DNA of 47,765 nucleotides. It comes from an uncultured Clostridia bacterium. Its GTDB lineage: Bacteria; CAYTYR01; UBA6262. Position 1 is the stretch's first letter. Every line of letters begins with the position of its first letter. Position numbers and translations under genes: made by a program. Shown piece after piece: positions 9,634 to 18,872 of this stretch. The notes beneath the pieces were generated by a model. It was not told the DNA's origin, searched no databases, and saw only the letters and a program-made list of their open reading frames with translations. The stretch covers positions 62,001 to 109,765 of the forward strand of contig CAYTYR010000005.1 in assembly GCA_964441745.1 (NCBI GenBank), read 5' to 3'.

Positions 9634-9673
9634 TGGGGTCAGGGAAGTAATGGGGTCAGTCCTTGAATTGGGA
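9626..9673 (+). repeat. Perfect 17-bp tandem duplication plus GGGGTCAG-N4-TGAAT element
   Basis: GGAAGTAATGGGGTCAG twice (9626-9642, 9643-9659), then tccttgaattggga. Confidence 0.85.
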
Positions 9674-9746
9674 GTTAAGGTAAGCCGACTTTACCCTTTG
9701 TAATCGGCAGAATATACCGATTTTGTATGTCAGAGAGGAAGATAAT

Positions 9747-10076
9747 ATGCGAAATAAAAAGAAAATTTCAAATAGTAAAGATATTATGCAATCACTGGAG
9801 AGTCATAAAGATATTTTGAAAAAATACAAGATTAAAAAAATTGGCTTATTTGGATCGTTTGTCCGGGGTCAGCAAAAGAAGAAAAGCGATATAGATTTGC
9901 TGGTGGAATTTGAAAAGAATATGTTTGACAGCGAATTTAACGGATATTTTGATAATTATGTGGGGTTACAATCAGCCCTGGAAAAAATACTTCACCGGAA
10001 AATTGATTTGCTTACCCCTGATATGATCAGTCCATATATCAAACCATATATTATAAAAGAGGTAAGATATGTCTAA
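9747..10076 (+). CDS. Minimal nucleotidyltransferase antitoxin (MNT/MntA-like)
   Basis: GLFGSFVRG...SDIDLLV Pol-beta motif; GAGAGG RBS before ATG 9747. Confidence 0.9.
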   Translation: MRNKKKISNSKDIMQSLESHKDILKKYKIKKIGLFGSFVRGQQKKKSDIDLLVEFEKNMFDSEFNGYFDNYVGLQSALEKILHRKIDLLTPDMISPYIKPYIIKEVRYV

Positions 10077-10410
10077 GGAATTTAAGCCTTTTTTGGAACA
10101 TATTTTAAAAGAAATAGAGTATTTAGAAAAGCATTCCAAGCTACCACTCGACTTTGAAGCATTTCTGAAAGATGAAACCCTCAAGAGGAGTTTTGTGCGC
10201 AGCTTAGAGATAATCGGCGAAGCGGTAAAGAATATACCGCTGGAGTTTAGAAAAAAGCATCCAAAAATCGATTGGAAGAAAATAGCCGGTATGCGGGATA
10301 TTCTTATCCATCAATATTTTGGAGTAGATTACAGGTCGGTGTGGGATATTGTTAAGCATAATATTCCGGAGCTTAAGAAGCAGGTAAAAGGGATTCTTAG
10401 TAAGAGTTAA
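10069..10410 (+). CDS. HEPN/DUF86 toxin (HepT-like RNase)
   Basis: LEIIGEA and RDILIHQY (Rx4HxY); overlaps the MNT gene. Confidence 0.9.
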   Translation: MSKEFKPFLEHILKEIEYLEKHSKLPLDFEAFLKDETLKRSFVRSLEIIGEAVKNIPLEFRKKHPKIDWKKIAGMRDILIHQYFGVDYRSVWDIVKHNIPELKKQVKGILSKS

Positions 10411-10427
10411 TCAAAAGGGAGCATGCA

Positions 10428-10865
10428 ATGAAAAAAATACTGGTAATTCATGGGCCTAACCTGAATTTGCTGGGCAAAAGAGAGCCGGATGTTTACGGCA
10501 AAGTCACTCTCCAGAAGATCAATGAAGAATTAAACAAAGAAGCCAAAAAACTGAAAGTAGAAATTAAAACCTTTCAGTCTGCGCATGAAGGCGAAATAGT
10601 GGAAGCTATTGGCAAAGCCGGCGATTGGGCTGATGCGATGGTGATCAATCCGGCAGCATACACCCATACCAGCGTGGCTATCCGGGATGCAGTTTTAGCG
10701 GTCGGGATTCCGGTAGTGGAAGTGCATTTATCCAATATCTATAAACGCGAAGAATTCAGGCATAAATCCATGGTAGCGCCAGCGGCTGCCGGGCAGATCT
10801 CCGGCTTTGGCCTTAATAGTTACCTGCTAGGCTTGCAGGCAGCAGCCGGTCTCTGCAAAAAGTAA
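10428..10865 (+). CDS. aroQ: Type II 3-dehydroquinate dehydratase
   Basis: [22 protein letters not shown] and EVHLSN motifs. Confidence 0.97.
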   Translation: MKKILVIHGPNLNLLGKREPDVYGKVTLQKINEELNKEAKKLKVEIKTFQSAHEGEIVEAIGKAGDWADAMVINPAAYTHTSVAIRDAVLAVGIPVVEVHLSNIYKREEFRHKSMVAPAAAGQISGFGLNSYLLGLQAAAGLCKK

Positions 10866-10872
10866 CACCACT

Positions 10873-11919
10873 ATGATCTCAAAACGAATCAGCAAAGTTC
10901 AGCAACAACTTAACAGTAAAGCCCTGGACGCTTTCTTAGTGACCAGCCCGGTAAGCTTACTTTATCTGTTCGGTATTGCCGAGGAAGGTAATTTTGCCCT
11001 GATCGGTCGGACCAAAGCCTTACTTAGTGTTTCAGCATTAAATTATCCGGAAGTAAAACAGGCAGTTAAAGCTAAAGGGCTTAGCATTATCAGCAGCAAA
11101 GAAACATTCACTGAATATAGGCGTTCTTTTAAAGCCAGGAAAATTGGCTTTGAAAGCAATAATTTGACCGTAAATGGTTTATCCGTTTGGAAAAAAACTC
11201 TCAGCCCGGCAAAATTAGCGCCAAGCATTAGTTTAATTGAGGATTTGCGTCTGGTCAAGGACAAAGAAGAAATACCCCTGATCCGCAAAGCCGCCCATAT
11301 TGCCGATGCTGTCTATCGACAAGTCAAGCCCATGCTCCGGCCAGGAGTCACCGAGCGGTCCATTGCCGGGAAAATCGATGCTTTGATCAGGGCCAAGGGA
11401 TGTGAACCGGCTTTTAAGACTATTGTGGCCAGCGGCCCAGGAAGCGCTGTCCCGCATCATGCTGTCAGCAGCCGCCAGCTGAAAAAAAACGACCTGGTAA
11501 TGATGGATTTTGGGGCTACCTACAAAAGCTATCGTTCTGACTTGACAAGGACGGTATTTTTAGGTAAAATTAATAGATTAAACCAACGTTTGTATGAAGT
11601 TGTGCAAAAGGCCCAAAATAGGGCGATTAAGGCCGTCAGCCCAGGAGTTAAAACAAAGACTGTGGATCAGGCGGCCAGGGACATTATTACCCAGGCCGGT
11701 TATAGTCGCTATTTCATACACACTACTGGTCATGGTGTAGGCTTAGAAATCCATGAACCTCCCCGGCTCAGCAGCATTGATAAGCAGGTTTTACAGGCTG
11801 GGATGGTAGTCACCGTGGAACCAGGTATCTATATTCCAGGGCATGGCGGGATCAGGATCGAAGATATGGTGTTAGTTACGGCAAAAGGCCGGGAAGTTTT
11901 AACGAAAGCAGCTAAGTAA
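10873..11919 (+). CDS. Xaa-Pro peptidase, M24B family
   Basis: SDLTRT, HTTGHGVGLEIHE, EPGIY and RIED motifs; upstream of efp. Confidence 0.92.
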   Translation: MISKRISKVQQQLNSKALDAFLVTSPVSLLYLFGIAEEGNFALIGRTKALLSVSALNYPEVKQAVKAKGLSIISSKETFTEYRRSFKARKIGFESNNLTVNGLSVWKKTLSPAKLAPSISLIEDLRLVKDKEEIPLIRKAAHIADAVYRQVKPMLRPGVTERSIAGKIDALIRAKGCEPAFKTIVASGPGSAVPHHAVSSRQLKKNDLVMMDFGATYKSYRSDLTRTVFLGKINRLNQRLYEVVQKAQNRAIKAVSPGVKTKTVDQAARDIITQAGYSRYFIHTTGHGVGLEIHEPPRLSSIDKQVLQAGMVVTVEPGIYIPGHGGIRIEDMVLVTAKGREVLTKAAK

Positions 11920-11928
11920 TAGATACAT

Positions 11929-12035
11929 GTTGTAGGTTGTAGATGTAAGTATGGAAGCAGGCAATAGTCTTTGGGTCCGAGCCTAAAACCATAGACCTCA
12001 GACCAAACTTACTTCCTAACCCAACACCTAAAAAC
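11929..12035. repeat. 6-nt periodic hairpin, GGAAGTA family, copy 2
   Basis: GTTGTAGGTTGTAGATGTAAGTATGGAAGCAGG ... AGACCAAACTTACTTCCTAACCCAACACC. Confidence 0.85.
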
Positions 12036-12055
12036 AAAAAAAGGGAGTATTATTC

Positions 12056-12613
12056 GTGATTACAGCGGGAGATTTTAGAAACGGATTGGTCTTTAAGTAT
12101 GAAGGGGAATTGTACAAAGTAGTGGAATTTCAGCATCATAAACCTGGTAAAGGCCGGGCCTTTATGCGTTCCAGGATTAAAAATATACGCAATGGGTCTG
12201 TGCTGGAACGGACATTTCGCCCTGATGAAAAAATAGAGAATATTACCCTGGAATTGCAAAAAATGCAATTTATGTATAAGCAGAATGAACGCTATGCCTT
12301 CATGGACCAATCATCTTATGAACAGGTAGAAATTGATAAGGACCATTTAGGAGACAATGCCAAATTTTTAAAAGAAGGACTGGAAGTTACAGTGGTTAAA
12401 CATGAAGGAGAAATTATCGGTGTTGACCTGCCTATTACTATTGAGCTGAAAGTGACCTACACTGAACCAGGATTGAAAGGGGACACAGTGTCGTCTGCCT
12501 ATAAGGCTGCCACCGTGGAAACTGGGGCAGTGATCAAAGTACCGCTTTTCATCGCTATTGGCGATGTAGTCATAATTGATACAAGGAACGGCGAATACCA
12601 GTCTAGAGCCTAG
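12056..12613 (+). CDS. efp: Elongation factor P
   Basis: KPGKG, PGLKGDT, VPLFI and DTR motifs. Confidence 0.97.
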   Translation: MITAGDFRNGLVFKYEGELYKVVEFQHHKPGKGRAFMRSRIKNIRNGSVLERTFRPDEKIENITLELQKMQFMYKQNERYAFMDQSSYEQVEIDKDHLGDNAKFLKEGLEVTVVKHEGEIIGVDLPITIELKVTYTEPGLKGDTVSSAYKAATVETGAVIKVPLFIAIGDVVIIDTRNGEYQSRA

Positions 12614-12707
12614 AGCGCAGATAGCATATGGCATATAGCTAATGGCAAAAACAAAGACGATAATGCTTCTGCTATACGCCATAAGCCATTAGCCATAAGC
12701 GCTTCTA
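12611..12707. repeat. 7-nt periodic hairpin, ATRGC family, copy 1
   Basis: agcgcag atagcat atggcat atagcta atggc ... gctatac gccataa gccatta gccataa gcgct. Confidence 0.85.
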
Positions 12708-12721
12708 ATTTTGGAGGTTAA

Positions 12722-13189
12722 ATGGATACTAAAGATATCAAGAAGTTCCTGGAGATCATTGCTGATACGGATATCGTAGAGCTGAACTGGGAAAAAGACG
12801 GACAGAAGATCGGTTTCCGCAAAAATGAAGGAACAGTAATCAATCCGTGCCGTGAAGAAGCCACTGGCGCTGAAGCGGTCAAGAGCAATGGAAATGGCAA
12901 CGGCAAAGACCAGGTCGCTCATGTGGAAGTCTCCCCAAACTACCACACTATTAAATCCACTATGGTCGGTACATTTTTTACGGCTCCGACTTCTGATTCT
13001 CCTCCGTACATTCAGGAAGGCACACTAATTAAGAAAGGGCAGAAGATAGCCGTGATTGAAGCAATGAAAATAATGAAAGACGTAGTTTCGGACACAGACG
13101 GTAAATTAATCAAGATTTTGCTCGAGAATGGTCATCATGTTGAGTATAGCCAGCCGATCTTTACCATACAGATCAATCCTACGGAATAG
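12722..13189 (+). CDS. accB: Acetyl-CoA carboxylase biotin carboxyl carrier protein
   Basis: EAMKIM biotinylation site, MVGTF; upstream of accC. Confidence 0.92.
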   Translation: MDTKDIKKFLEIIADTDIVELNWEKDGQKIGFRKNEGTVINPCREEATGAEAVKSNGNGNGKDQVAHVEVSPNYHTIKSTMVGTFFTAPTSDSPPYIQEGTLIKKGQKIAVIEAMKIMKDVVSDTDGKLIKILLENGHHVEYSQPIFTIQINPTE

Positions 13190-13195
13190 ATTGTA

Positions 13196-13234
13196 CCCCC
13201 AGCTGATTCGCTGTGCGAATCAATACGCGGGGGG
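13196..13234. repeat. CCCC-GCTGATT...AATCA-ACGCGGGG hairpin, copy 2
   Basis: Shares outer arms with 4291-4332 but has a different, still paired, apical stem. Confidence 0.7.
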
Positions 13235-13241
13235 TTAATTC

Positions 13242-13302
13242 ACAGACGCCCTTCGGGCTACAGCTTTTGTTCACCAAGGTACAGGTTCCAAAAGCTGTCT
13301 GT
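13242..13302. repeat. 14-bp inverted repeat interrupted by a GCCCTTCGGGCT mini-hairpin
   Basis: acagac[gcccttcgggctac]agcttttg pairs with caaaagctgtctgt. Confidence 0.75.
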
Positions 13303-13318
13303 TCATTAAGGAGAAAAA

Positions 13319-14677
13319 ATGTTTAAAAAAATCTTGATTGCCAACCGCGGGGAAATAGCCTTACGCGTAATCCGGGCTTGCAAGGAAATGGGCATCCGCA
13401 CTGTCGCTGTACACTCAGAAGAGGACCGGGAATCATTACATGTGAAATGTGCCGATGAAAGTGTCTGTATCGGTCCGGCTCAATCTTCCGAAAGTTACCT
13501 GAATATCCCTAATATTATCAGCGCCGCGGAGATTACCGGCGCTGATGCGATTCATCCTGGCTATGGTTTCCTGGCTGAGAATTCCTATTTTGCCGAAATA
13601 TGTGAGAGTTGTAATATCAAATTTATCGGACCTTCCAAGGAAGCCATCCTGAAAATGGGCGATAAAGTCCAAGCTCGGGCAATTATGGAGAAAGCCGGTG
13701 TCCCGATCATACCAGGCAGTGAAGGAGTGATCTCCCGGGCTGAGGAAGCCTTGAAGCTGGTGAAAAAAGTAAAATATCCCGTGATCGTGAAAGCGGCCGG
13801 CGGCGGCGGCGGTAAAGGCATGCGTATCGTGCAGAACGAAGAAGCCCTCAAGAATGCCATCTTAACAGCCCAGAACGAAGCTAAAAGAGCTTTTGGAAAT
13901 CCAGAAGTATATATTGAAAAATATGTAGAAGAACCGCGCCACATCGAATTCCAGATTATGGCTGACAGCAAGGGTGGTGTGGTCTATTTGCCGGAAAGGG
14001 ATTGTTCCATTCAGCGCCGCTACCAGAAACTGCTGGAAGAGTCACCTTCAACATTTATTTCTGATAAACTGCGTAAAAAAATGGGTAAAGCAGCCTGCCG
14101 CGCGGCTAAAGCCGTAAAATATGTGACGGTAGGCACAGTGGAATTCCTGGTAGATAAGCGCGGTCATTACTATTTTATGGAAATGAATACCCGTATTCAG
14201 GTAGAACATCCGGTGAGCGAGCTGGTCACTGGTATTGACCTGGTGAAAGAGCAAATAAGGCTGGCTGCCGGCGAACGCCTGGATGTCGACCAGGATGATA
14301 TTGAAATCAGGGGGCATGCGATAGAGTGCCGTATTAACGCCGAAGACAGTGATAAGGATTTTATTCCTTCTCCAGGTAAAATAACGAAATTCCAGGTGCC
14401 GGGAGGCCCCGGTGTGCGGGTAGATACCCATGTTTACGCAGGTTATACTATTCCACCGTATTATGACTCCATGATCGCCAAGATACTAACCTATGGGCCT
14501 AACCGCGAAGAAGCAATTATCCACATGCAGCGGGCCTTGAGCGAGTTTGTGATCGAAGGAGTAAAAACTACTATCCCGTTCCATTTGCGTATCCTGGATA
14601 ATCAGCATTTCAAGAAAGGCGAAGTATATACTAATTTCATCCAGAAGAGGATCATTGAAGAAGTAGCTAAACAATAA
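13319..14677 (+). CDS. accC: Biotin carboxylase
   Basis: ANRGEIA, HPGYGFLAEN, GGGGKGMR and EMNTRIQVEH motifs. Confidence 0.97.
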   Translation: MFKKILIANRGEIALRVIRACKEMGIRTVAVHSEEDRESLHVKCADESVCIGPAQSSESYLNIPNIISAAEITGADAIHPGYGFLAENSYFAEICESCNIKFIGPSKEAILKMGDKVQARAIMEKAGVPIIPGSEGVISRAEEALKLVKKVKYPVIVKAAGGGGGKGMRIVQNEEALKNAILTAQNEAKRAFGNPEVYIEKYVEEPRHIEFQIMADSKGGVVYLPERDCSIQRRYQKLLEESPSTFISDKLRKKMGKAACRAAKAVKYVTVGTVEFLVDKRGHYYFMEMNTRIQVEHPVSELVTGIDLVKEQIRLAAGERLDVDQDDIEIRGHAIECRINAEDSDKDFIPSPGKITKFQVPGGPGVRVDTHVYAGYTIPPYYDSMIAKILTYGPNREEAIIHMQRALSEFVIEGVKTTIPFHLRILDNQHFKKGEVYTNFIQKRIIEEVAKQ

Positions 14678-14680
14678 AAG

Positions 14681-14760
14681 CGGATTCAGACGGATTTTCA
14701 CTGATTCAGACTGATAAAATATTCGTTTGCATCAGTAGTTTTCATCTGTTTGCATCTGTA
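14681..14760. repeat. 10-nt periodic imperfect hairpin (CKGATT / ATCWGT)
   Basis: cggattcaga cggattttca ctgattcaga ctgata ... atcagt, atctgtttgc atctgt. Confidence 0.75.
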
Positions 14761-14770
14761 AAACGAGGTT

Positions 14771-15352
14771 GTGATGAAAGAAAAAATCAGCAAAATATTA
14801 GCTGCCCATGAACTTGCCTGCCGGGATGTGGCTAAAAATAACATCGGTGATATAGAAAAGATCGCCCGGGCGATTATTAATTGTTTTCGCCAGGGGAGTA
14901 AAGTTATATTTTTTGGCAACGGCGGCAGTGCTTCTGACGCCCAGCATCTGGCCACCGAACTAGTCTGCCGGTTGAAATTGGAACGTAAAGCGCTTCCAGC
15001 TTTGGCCTTAAATACGAATACCAGTCTTCTAACTGCCCAAGGCAATGATTATGGTTTTGATACTATTTTTTCCAGGCAAATAGAGGCTTTTGCCGCCAAG
15101 AATGATGTAGTCATTGGCCTCAGCACCAGTGGAAATTCAGAAAACGTGCTCAAAGCGATTGTCACGGCTAACAAGCTGGGGTGTACAACTATCGGCTTCA
15201 GCGGCAGCGACGGCGGGATGCTGGCTAAGACCGCTGGAATTAATTTTGTCGTATCCAGTAATGTTACTCAGCATATACAGGAAATGCATATCACGGCGGG
15301 ACATATTATTTGTGAATTGGTAGAAGAAGCGCTAGCGAAAAGCGGCGTATAG
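14771..15352 (+). CDS. gmhA: Phosphoheptose isomerase
   Basis: GNGGSASDAQH, GNDYG, STSGNS and IQEMH motifs. Confidence 0.95.
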   Translation: MMKEKISKILAAHELACRDVAKNNIGDIEKIARAIINCFRQGSKVIFFGNGGSASDAQHLATELVCRLKLERKALPALALNTNTSLLTAQGNDYGFDTIFSRQIEAFAAKNDVVIGLSTSGNSENVLKAIVTANKLGCTTIGFSGSDGGMLAKTAGINFVVSSNVTQHIQEMHITAGHIICELVEEALAKSGV

Positions 15353-15373
15353 CGGGTAGCGTATAGCGGATAG
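15345..15373. repeat. 7-nt tandem array (GCGKRTA), single arm
   Basis: gcgtata gcgggta gcgtata gcggata; contains the gmhA stop codon. Confidence 0.75.
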
Positions 15374-15879
15374 TGAAAACCATGAAAAAAATAATAAGAG
15401 CAAAAGATAAAGTTATTCATAGAAAGAAACTGGCCAATATTTTAGCTAGTTTGAGAAAACAAGGCCAAAAGATAGTTTTTACCAATGGTTGTTTTGACCT
15501 TTTGCACGTAGGCCATGTGCGTTATTTGAATAAAGCTAAACAATACGGTGACATACTGGTTGTCGCTCTTAACACTGATGCTTCAGTACGGCACTTAAAA
15601 GGGCCAACCCGTCCGTTGGTGCCACAGCAGGAAAGAGCAGAAGTTTTAGGCGGACTGGCGGCAGTGGATTATATTACATTTTTTCAGGAAGAGACGCCGG
15701 ACGCTATTATCAGTGAACTTAAACCGCAAGTCCTGGCTAAAGGCGCAGACTATAAGATCAAGGATATTGTCGGTAATCGCTTTATGAAAGACAACAATGG
15801 CCGGGTAGTGAGAATTCCCCTGGCTAAAGGGCAATCAACCAGCAATATCATCAAAAGTATCGTGCAAAAATATGGATAA
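15373..15879 (+). CDS. rfaE2: D-glycero-D-manno-heptose 1-phosphate adenylyltransferase (stand-alone HldE C-domain)
   Basis: FTNGCFDLLHVGH, KGPTRP, KGADY and STS motifs. Confidence 0.9.
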   Translation: MKTMKKIIRAKDKVIHRKKLANILASLRKQGQKIVFTNGCFDLLHVGHVRYLNKAKQYGDILVVALNTDASVRHLKGPTRPLVPQQERAEVLGGLAAVDYITFFQEETPDAIISELKPQVLAKGADYKIKDIVGNRFMKDNNGRVVRIPLAKGQSTSNIIKSIVQKYG

Positions 15880-16276
15880 TAAGCAAGACATTTATCGGAT
15901 TTTAGATGCTAATATAAATCGTGCCCGGGAAGGACTTAGGGTCCTGGAAGATGTGGCGCGATTTATTTTAAATGACCGTAAAACCACAACTATGCTGCGG
16001 TCTTGCCGGCACCTGCTGGACCAGAACGCCAGGAAAATTTACCCGCAATTGCTGACAGCCAGGGATTCTGGAGATGACTTGGGACGCACATTTAAAGAAC
16101 CTAAAAGAAAAGATCTAAGGGGACTGACGATCGCTAATTTCAAACGAGTGGAAGAAGCAGTCAGAGTATTGGAAGAATTTGCCAAATTGTCAGGTGCTAA
16201 ACAAGGGAGTATGTTTAAAAAAATCAGATTCTCTATGTATCAGGCAGAAAAAATATTGGTTAAAAGGATAGTTTAA
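15872..16276 (+). CDS. Stand-alone ThiD2-like domain protein
   Basis: RILDANINRAREGLRVLED and ANFKRVEEAVRVLEE; directly upstream of thiC. Confidence 0.8.
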   Translation: MDNKQDIYRILDANINRAREGLRVLEDVARFILNDRKTTTMLRSCRHLLDQNARKIYPQLLTARDSGDDLGRTFKEPKRKDLRGLTIANFKRVEEAVRVLEEFAKLSGAKQGSMFKKIRFSMYQAEKILVKRIV

Positions 16277-17560
16277 ATGACTCAAATGGAATTAGCCCGG
16301 GCTGGTAAGATCACTCCGGAAATGCGCCAGGTTGTCCGGTTGGAAGGTCTGGCCGCTGAAGTAGTCCGGCAGCTGGTAGCCAAAGGCCGGATTGCGATTG
16401 TTAAAAACAAATTCCACAATAAAACTGGTTTTAAAGTGTGCGGCGTTGGCCAGCGCCTGCGGACCAAGGTCAATGCCAATATTGGCACTAGTCCCAAGCA
16501 AAATTCTATTGCCCAGGAGAATAAAAAATTAGCCGCTTGTATTAAATATGGCGCTGATGCCGTAATGGATCTTTCTACCGGCGGTGATTTGCGGTTGATG
16601 AGGCGCGCTATCCTGAAAAGTACGACCATACCCCTGGGAACAGTTCCTATCTACCAGGCAGTGGTTGAAACAGTGCGGCAGGGTAAAAGTGTGCCGGCAA
16701 TGAAAGTTGAAACTCTTTTTGAGGTTATAGAGGAACAATGCCGTGACGGAGTTGATTTTCTTACTGTGCATTGCGGTGTTACCAGGAAAGTAATCGAAAC
16801 ATTGCGGAAACATAAAAGAGTCATGGGTTTGGTCAGCCGGGGAGGAACATTTTTAGCCGAATGGGTAGTATGCAATAAAAAGGAAAATCCTTTATATGAA
16901 CACTTTGATCGCCTCTTGGATATTGCTTATAAATATGACGTGGTCTTAAGTTTAGGGGATGGCTTGCGGCCTGGTTGCGGCGCTGATGCTACTGATGAGG
17001 CCCAGTTAGCGGAGTTAAAGATCCTCGGTGAACTGACCAGACGGGCCTGGCGGCGGAATGTCCAGGTAATGGTCGAAGGACCGGGCCATGTTCCTTTGAA
17101 CCAGATCAAAAAAAATATTGTTTTACAGAAAAAAATGTGTTCCGGGGCGCCATTTTATGTTTTAGGCCCGCTGGTCACTGATATTGCGCCGGGATATGAT
17201 CACATCACCTGCGCTATCGGCGGGGCGCTGGCGGCAAGTTATGGGGCTGATTTTTTATGTTATGTCACGCCGGCGGAACATTTGCGCCTGCCGGATATAA
17301 CGGATGTTAAAGAAGGGATCATGGCTTCGCGCATCGCCGCCCATGCCGCAGATATAGTCAAAAGGATCAGCGGCGCAGCGGCCTGGGATAAAAATATGTC
17401 TATCGCCCGTAAAGCCCTGGATTGGAAAAAACAAAGCAGTCTCAGCCTGGATCCGGAAAAGTTTACTCAAGAAAATACTAAAATGCATTTGCGCAATAAG
17501 TTTGGCTGCGCCATGTGCGGCGAATTCTGTTCCATGAAAGAAATGGATAAATTCTTATGA
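16277..17560 (+). CDS. thiC: Phosphomethylpyrimidine synthase
   Basis: KVNANIG, SRGG, EGPGH, PGYDH and CxxCxxxC (CAMCGEFC). Confidence 0.95.
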   Translation: MTQMELARAGKITPEMRQVVRLEGLAAEVVRQLVAKGRIAIVKNKFHNKTGFKVCGVGQRLRTKVNANIGTSPKQNSIAQENKKLAACIKYGADAVMDLSTGGDLRLMRRAILKSTTIPLGTVPIYQAVVETVRQGKSVPAMKVETLFEVIEEQCRDGVDFLTVHCGVTRKVIETLRKHKRVMGLVSRGGTFLAEWVVCNKKENPLYEHFDRLLDIAYKYDVVLSLGDGLRPGCGADATDEAQLAELKILGELTRRAWRRNVQVMVEGPGHVPLNQIKKNIVLQKKMCSGAPFYVLGPLVTDIAPGYDHITCAIGGALAASYGADFLCYVTPAEHLRLPDITDVKEGIMASRIAAHAADIVKRISGAAAWDKNMSIARKALDWKKQSSLSLDPEKFTQENTKMHLRNKFGCAMCGEFCSMKEMDKFL

Positions 17561-18714
17561 AGCATAAAAATTATTTATTAAAAAAGATTTTTATCATTAT
17601 GGGTTTTGCCTGCGCTCTGACCTTGCTTTTAGCCGGTTGCCAGGGTCAGGAAAAATCTATGACTGCGGCTGGCCCTGAAGTATTGATGATTGGCGTGGCG
17701 CTGCCAGAAACCGGGCAGTATTCAAATCTCGGACGAAGCGCCAAACAGGCCATAGAATTTGCCATCGATGAAATAAACCAGATCGGCGGTGTACGCGGTA
17801 CGGTTCTTAAAGCAATTATTATCGACGATAAAAGCCAGGCGCAGGAAGCGGCGGAAGCGGTAGGCGCCCTGGCTGAACGTAAAGAAGTAGTCGCTATTAT
17901 CGGGGGAATGGCTGACGAACTGGCTTTTGCCGGTGGAGTCCAGGCCAACCGGGAAAAAGTAGTATTTATCACCCCGGCGGCCGGGGCGGTCGGCATTCCG
18001 GAGCTTGGCCCTTATATTTTTCGCAATAAGATCAACTATAGTATTAATACCATTAAGTTGATAGAATATTTATTCCGGATGGCCGGCAAACGCACGTTTG
18101 GCATTATGTACCCATTTAATGAATATGGTGTCAATGCAGCTGAGGTTTCTTCACGACGGATTAGTGAGCTCGGAGGGGGAGTGGCGGCGAAGGAAGCTTA
18201 TTCTGTTGATGGGTACAGTTTTGACTCAACTATCTCCAAAATTAGTAACCGGGATATACAAGCGCTATTTCTTCCCTGCAATCCGCAAGAATTATCTTCA
18301 ATTGCCCGGCAATTGTACCAAAGCGGTAACAAGATGATGCTCGCGGGTATTAATTCCTGGACCAAGGATGGTAAAATTAATCAGGGAATCGAATTTCTGG
18401 AAGGGGCTGTATATACGACCAGTTTTGATGTAGAAAGCCAGAGCCGGAATGTCAGGGGATTTGTAAGTCAATATAAACAGAAATATGGGGTAACCCCAGA
18501 TAGCCTGGCTGCGCACTGTGTAGATACAGTTCGTTTGCTGGCGCAATGCATCTATGCCGGCGGATTTAACCGTGAAACCATTAAAGAAGAATTACAGCGC
18601 ATTAAAAATTTCCCCGGCCTGACCGGCCTAACCACCTTTGATAGTAACCGGGAAGCTGAAAAAGAGTTGATCTTCCTGACCGTTACTGGCGGGAAAATAG
18701 AAAAAATACAGTAG
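17557..18714 (+). CDS. LivJ-like periplasmic binding lipoprotein (Peripla_BP_6 type)
   Basis: Lipobox LAGC, AIDEIN..GG and FPGLTG...FD motifs. Confidence 0.8.
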   Translation: MKHKNYLLKKIFIIMGFACALTLLLAGCQGQEKSMTAAGPEVLMIGVALPETGQYSNLGRSAKQAIEFAIDEINQIGGVRGTVLKAIIIDDKSQAQEAAEAVGALAERKEVVAIIGGMADELAFAGGVQANREKVVFITPAAGAVGIPELGPYIFRNKINYSINTIKLIEYLFRMAGKRTFGIMYPFNEYGVNAAEVSSRRISELGGGVAAKEAYSVDGYSFDSTISKISNRDIQALFLPCNPQELSSIARQLYQSGNKMMLAGINSWTKDGKINQGIEFLEGAVYTTSFDVESQSRNVRGFVSQYKQKYGVTPDSLAAHCVDTVRLLAQCIYAGGFNRETIKEELQRIKNFPGLTGLTTFDSNREAEKELIFLTVTGGKIEKIQ

Positions 18715-18720
18715 TAACAG

Positions 18721-18790
18721 GGTGAAGGTTGTGGAAGTAGGTATGGAAGTAGGTCTAAACTTACTTCCAAAACTTACACCTAATAACTTC
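18721..18790. repeat. 6-nt periodic hairpin, GGAAGTA family, copy 3 (shortest)
   Basis: GGTGAAGGTTGTGGAAGTAGGT pairs with ACTTACTTCCAAAACTTACACC at 20 of 22 positions including G-T. Confidence 0.85.
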
Positions 18791-18796
18791 GGCTTG

Positions 18797-18854
18797 AATC
18801 AGTGTAATCTTTTTTCGTAATCTGGGTAACCTCTGTCCGCCTCAGGCGGAGTTT
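18797..18854. repeat. AATCNGYGT 9-nt units plus TCCGCCTCAGGCGGA palindrome
   Basis: aatcagtgtaatc, aatctgggtaac, then ctgTCCGCCtcaGGCGGAgttt. Confidence 0.7.
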
Positions 18855-18872
18855 TAAAAAAAAGGAGCAAAA

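Noticed and set aside
12611-12707. Periodic hairpins as ordinary intrinsic terminators
   Set aside because: Long mismatched stems, mostly without a U-tract, located inside apparent operons; conventional terminators at 20684 and 30173 look different
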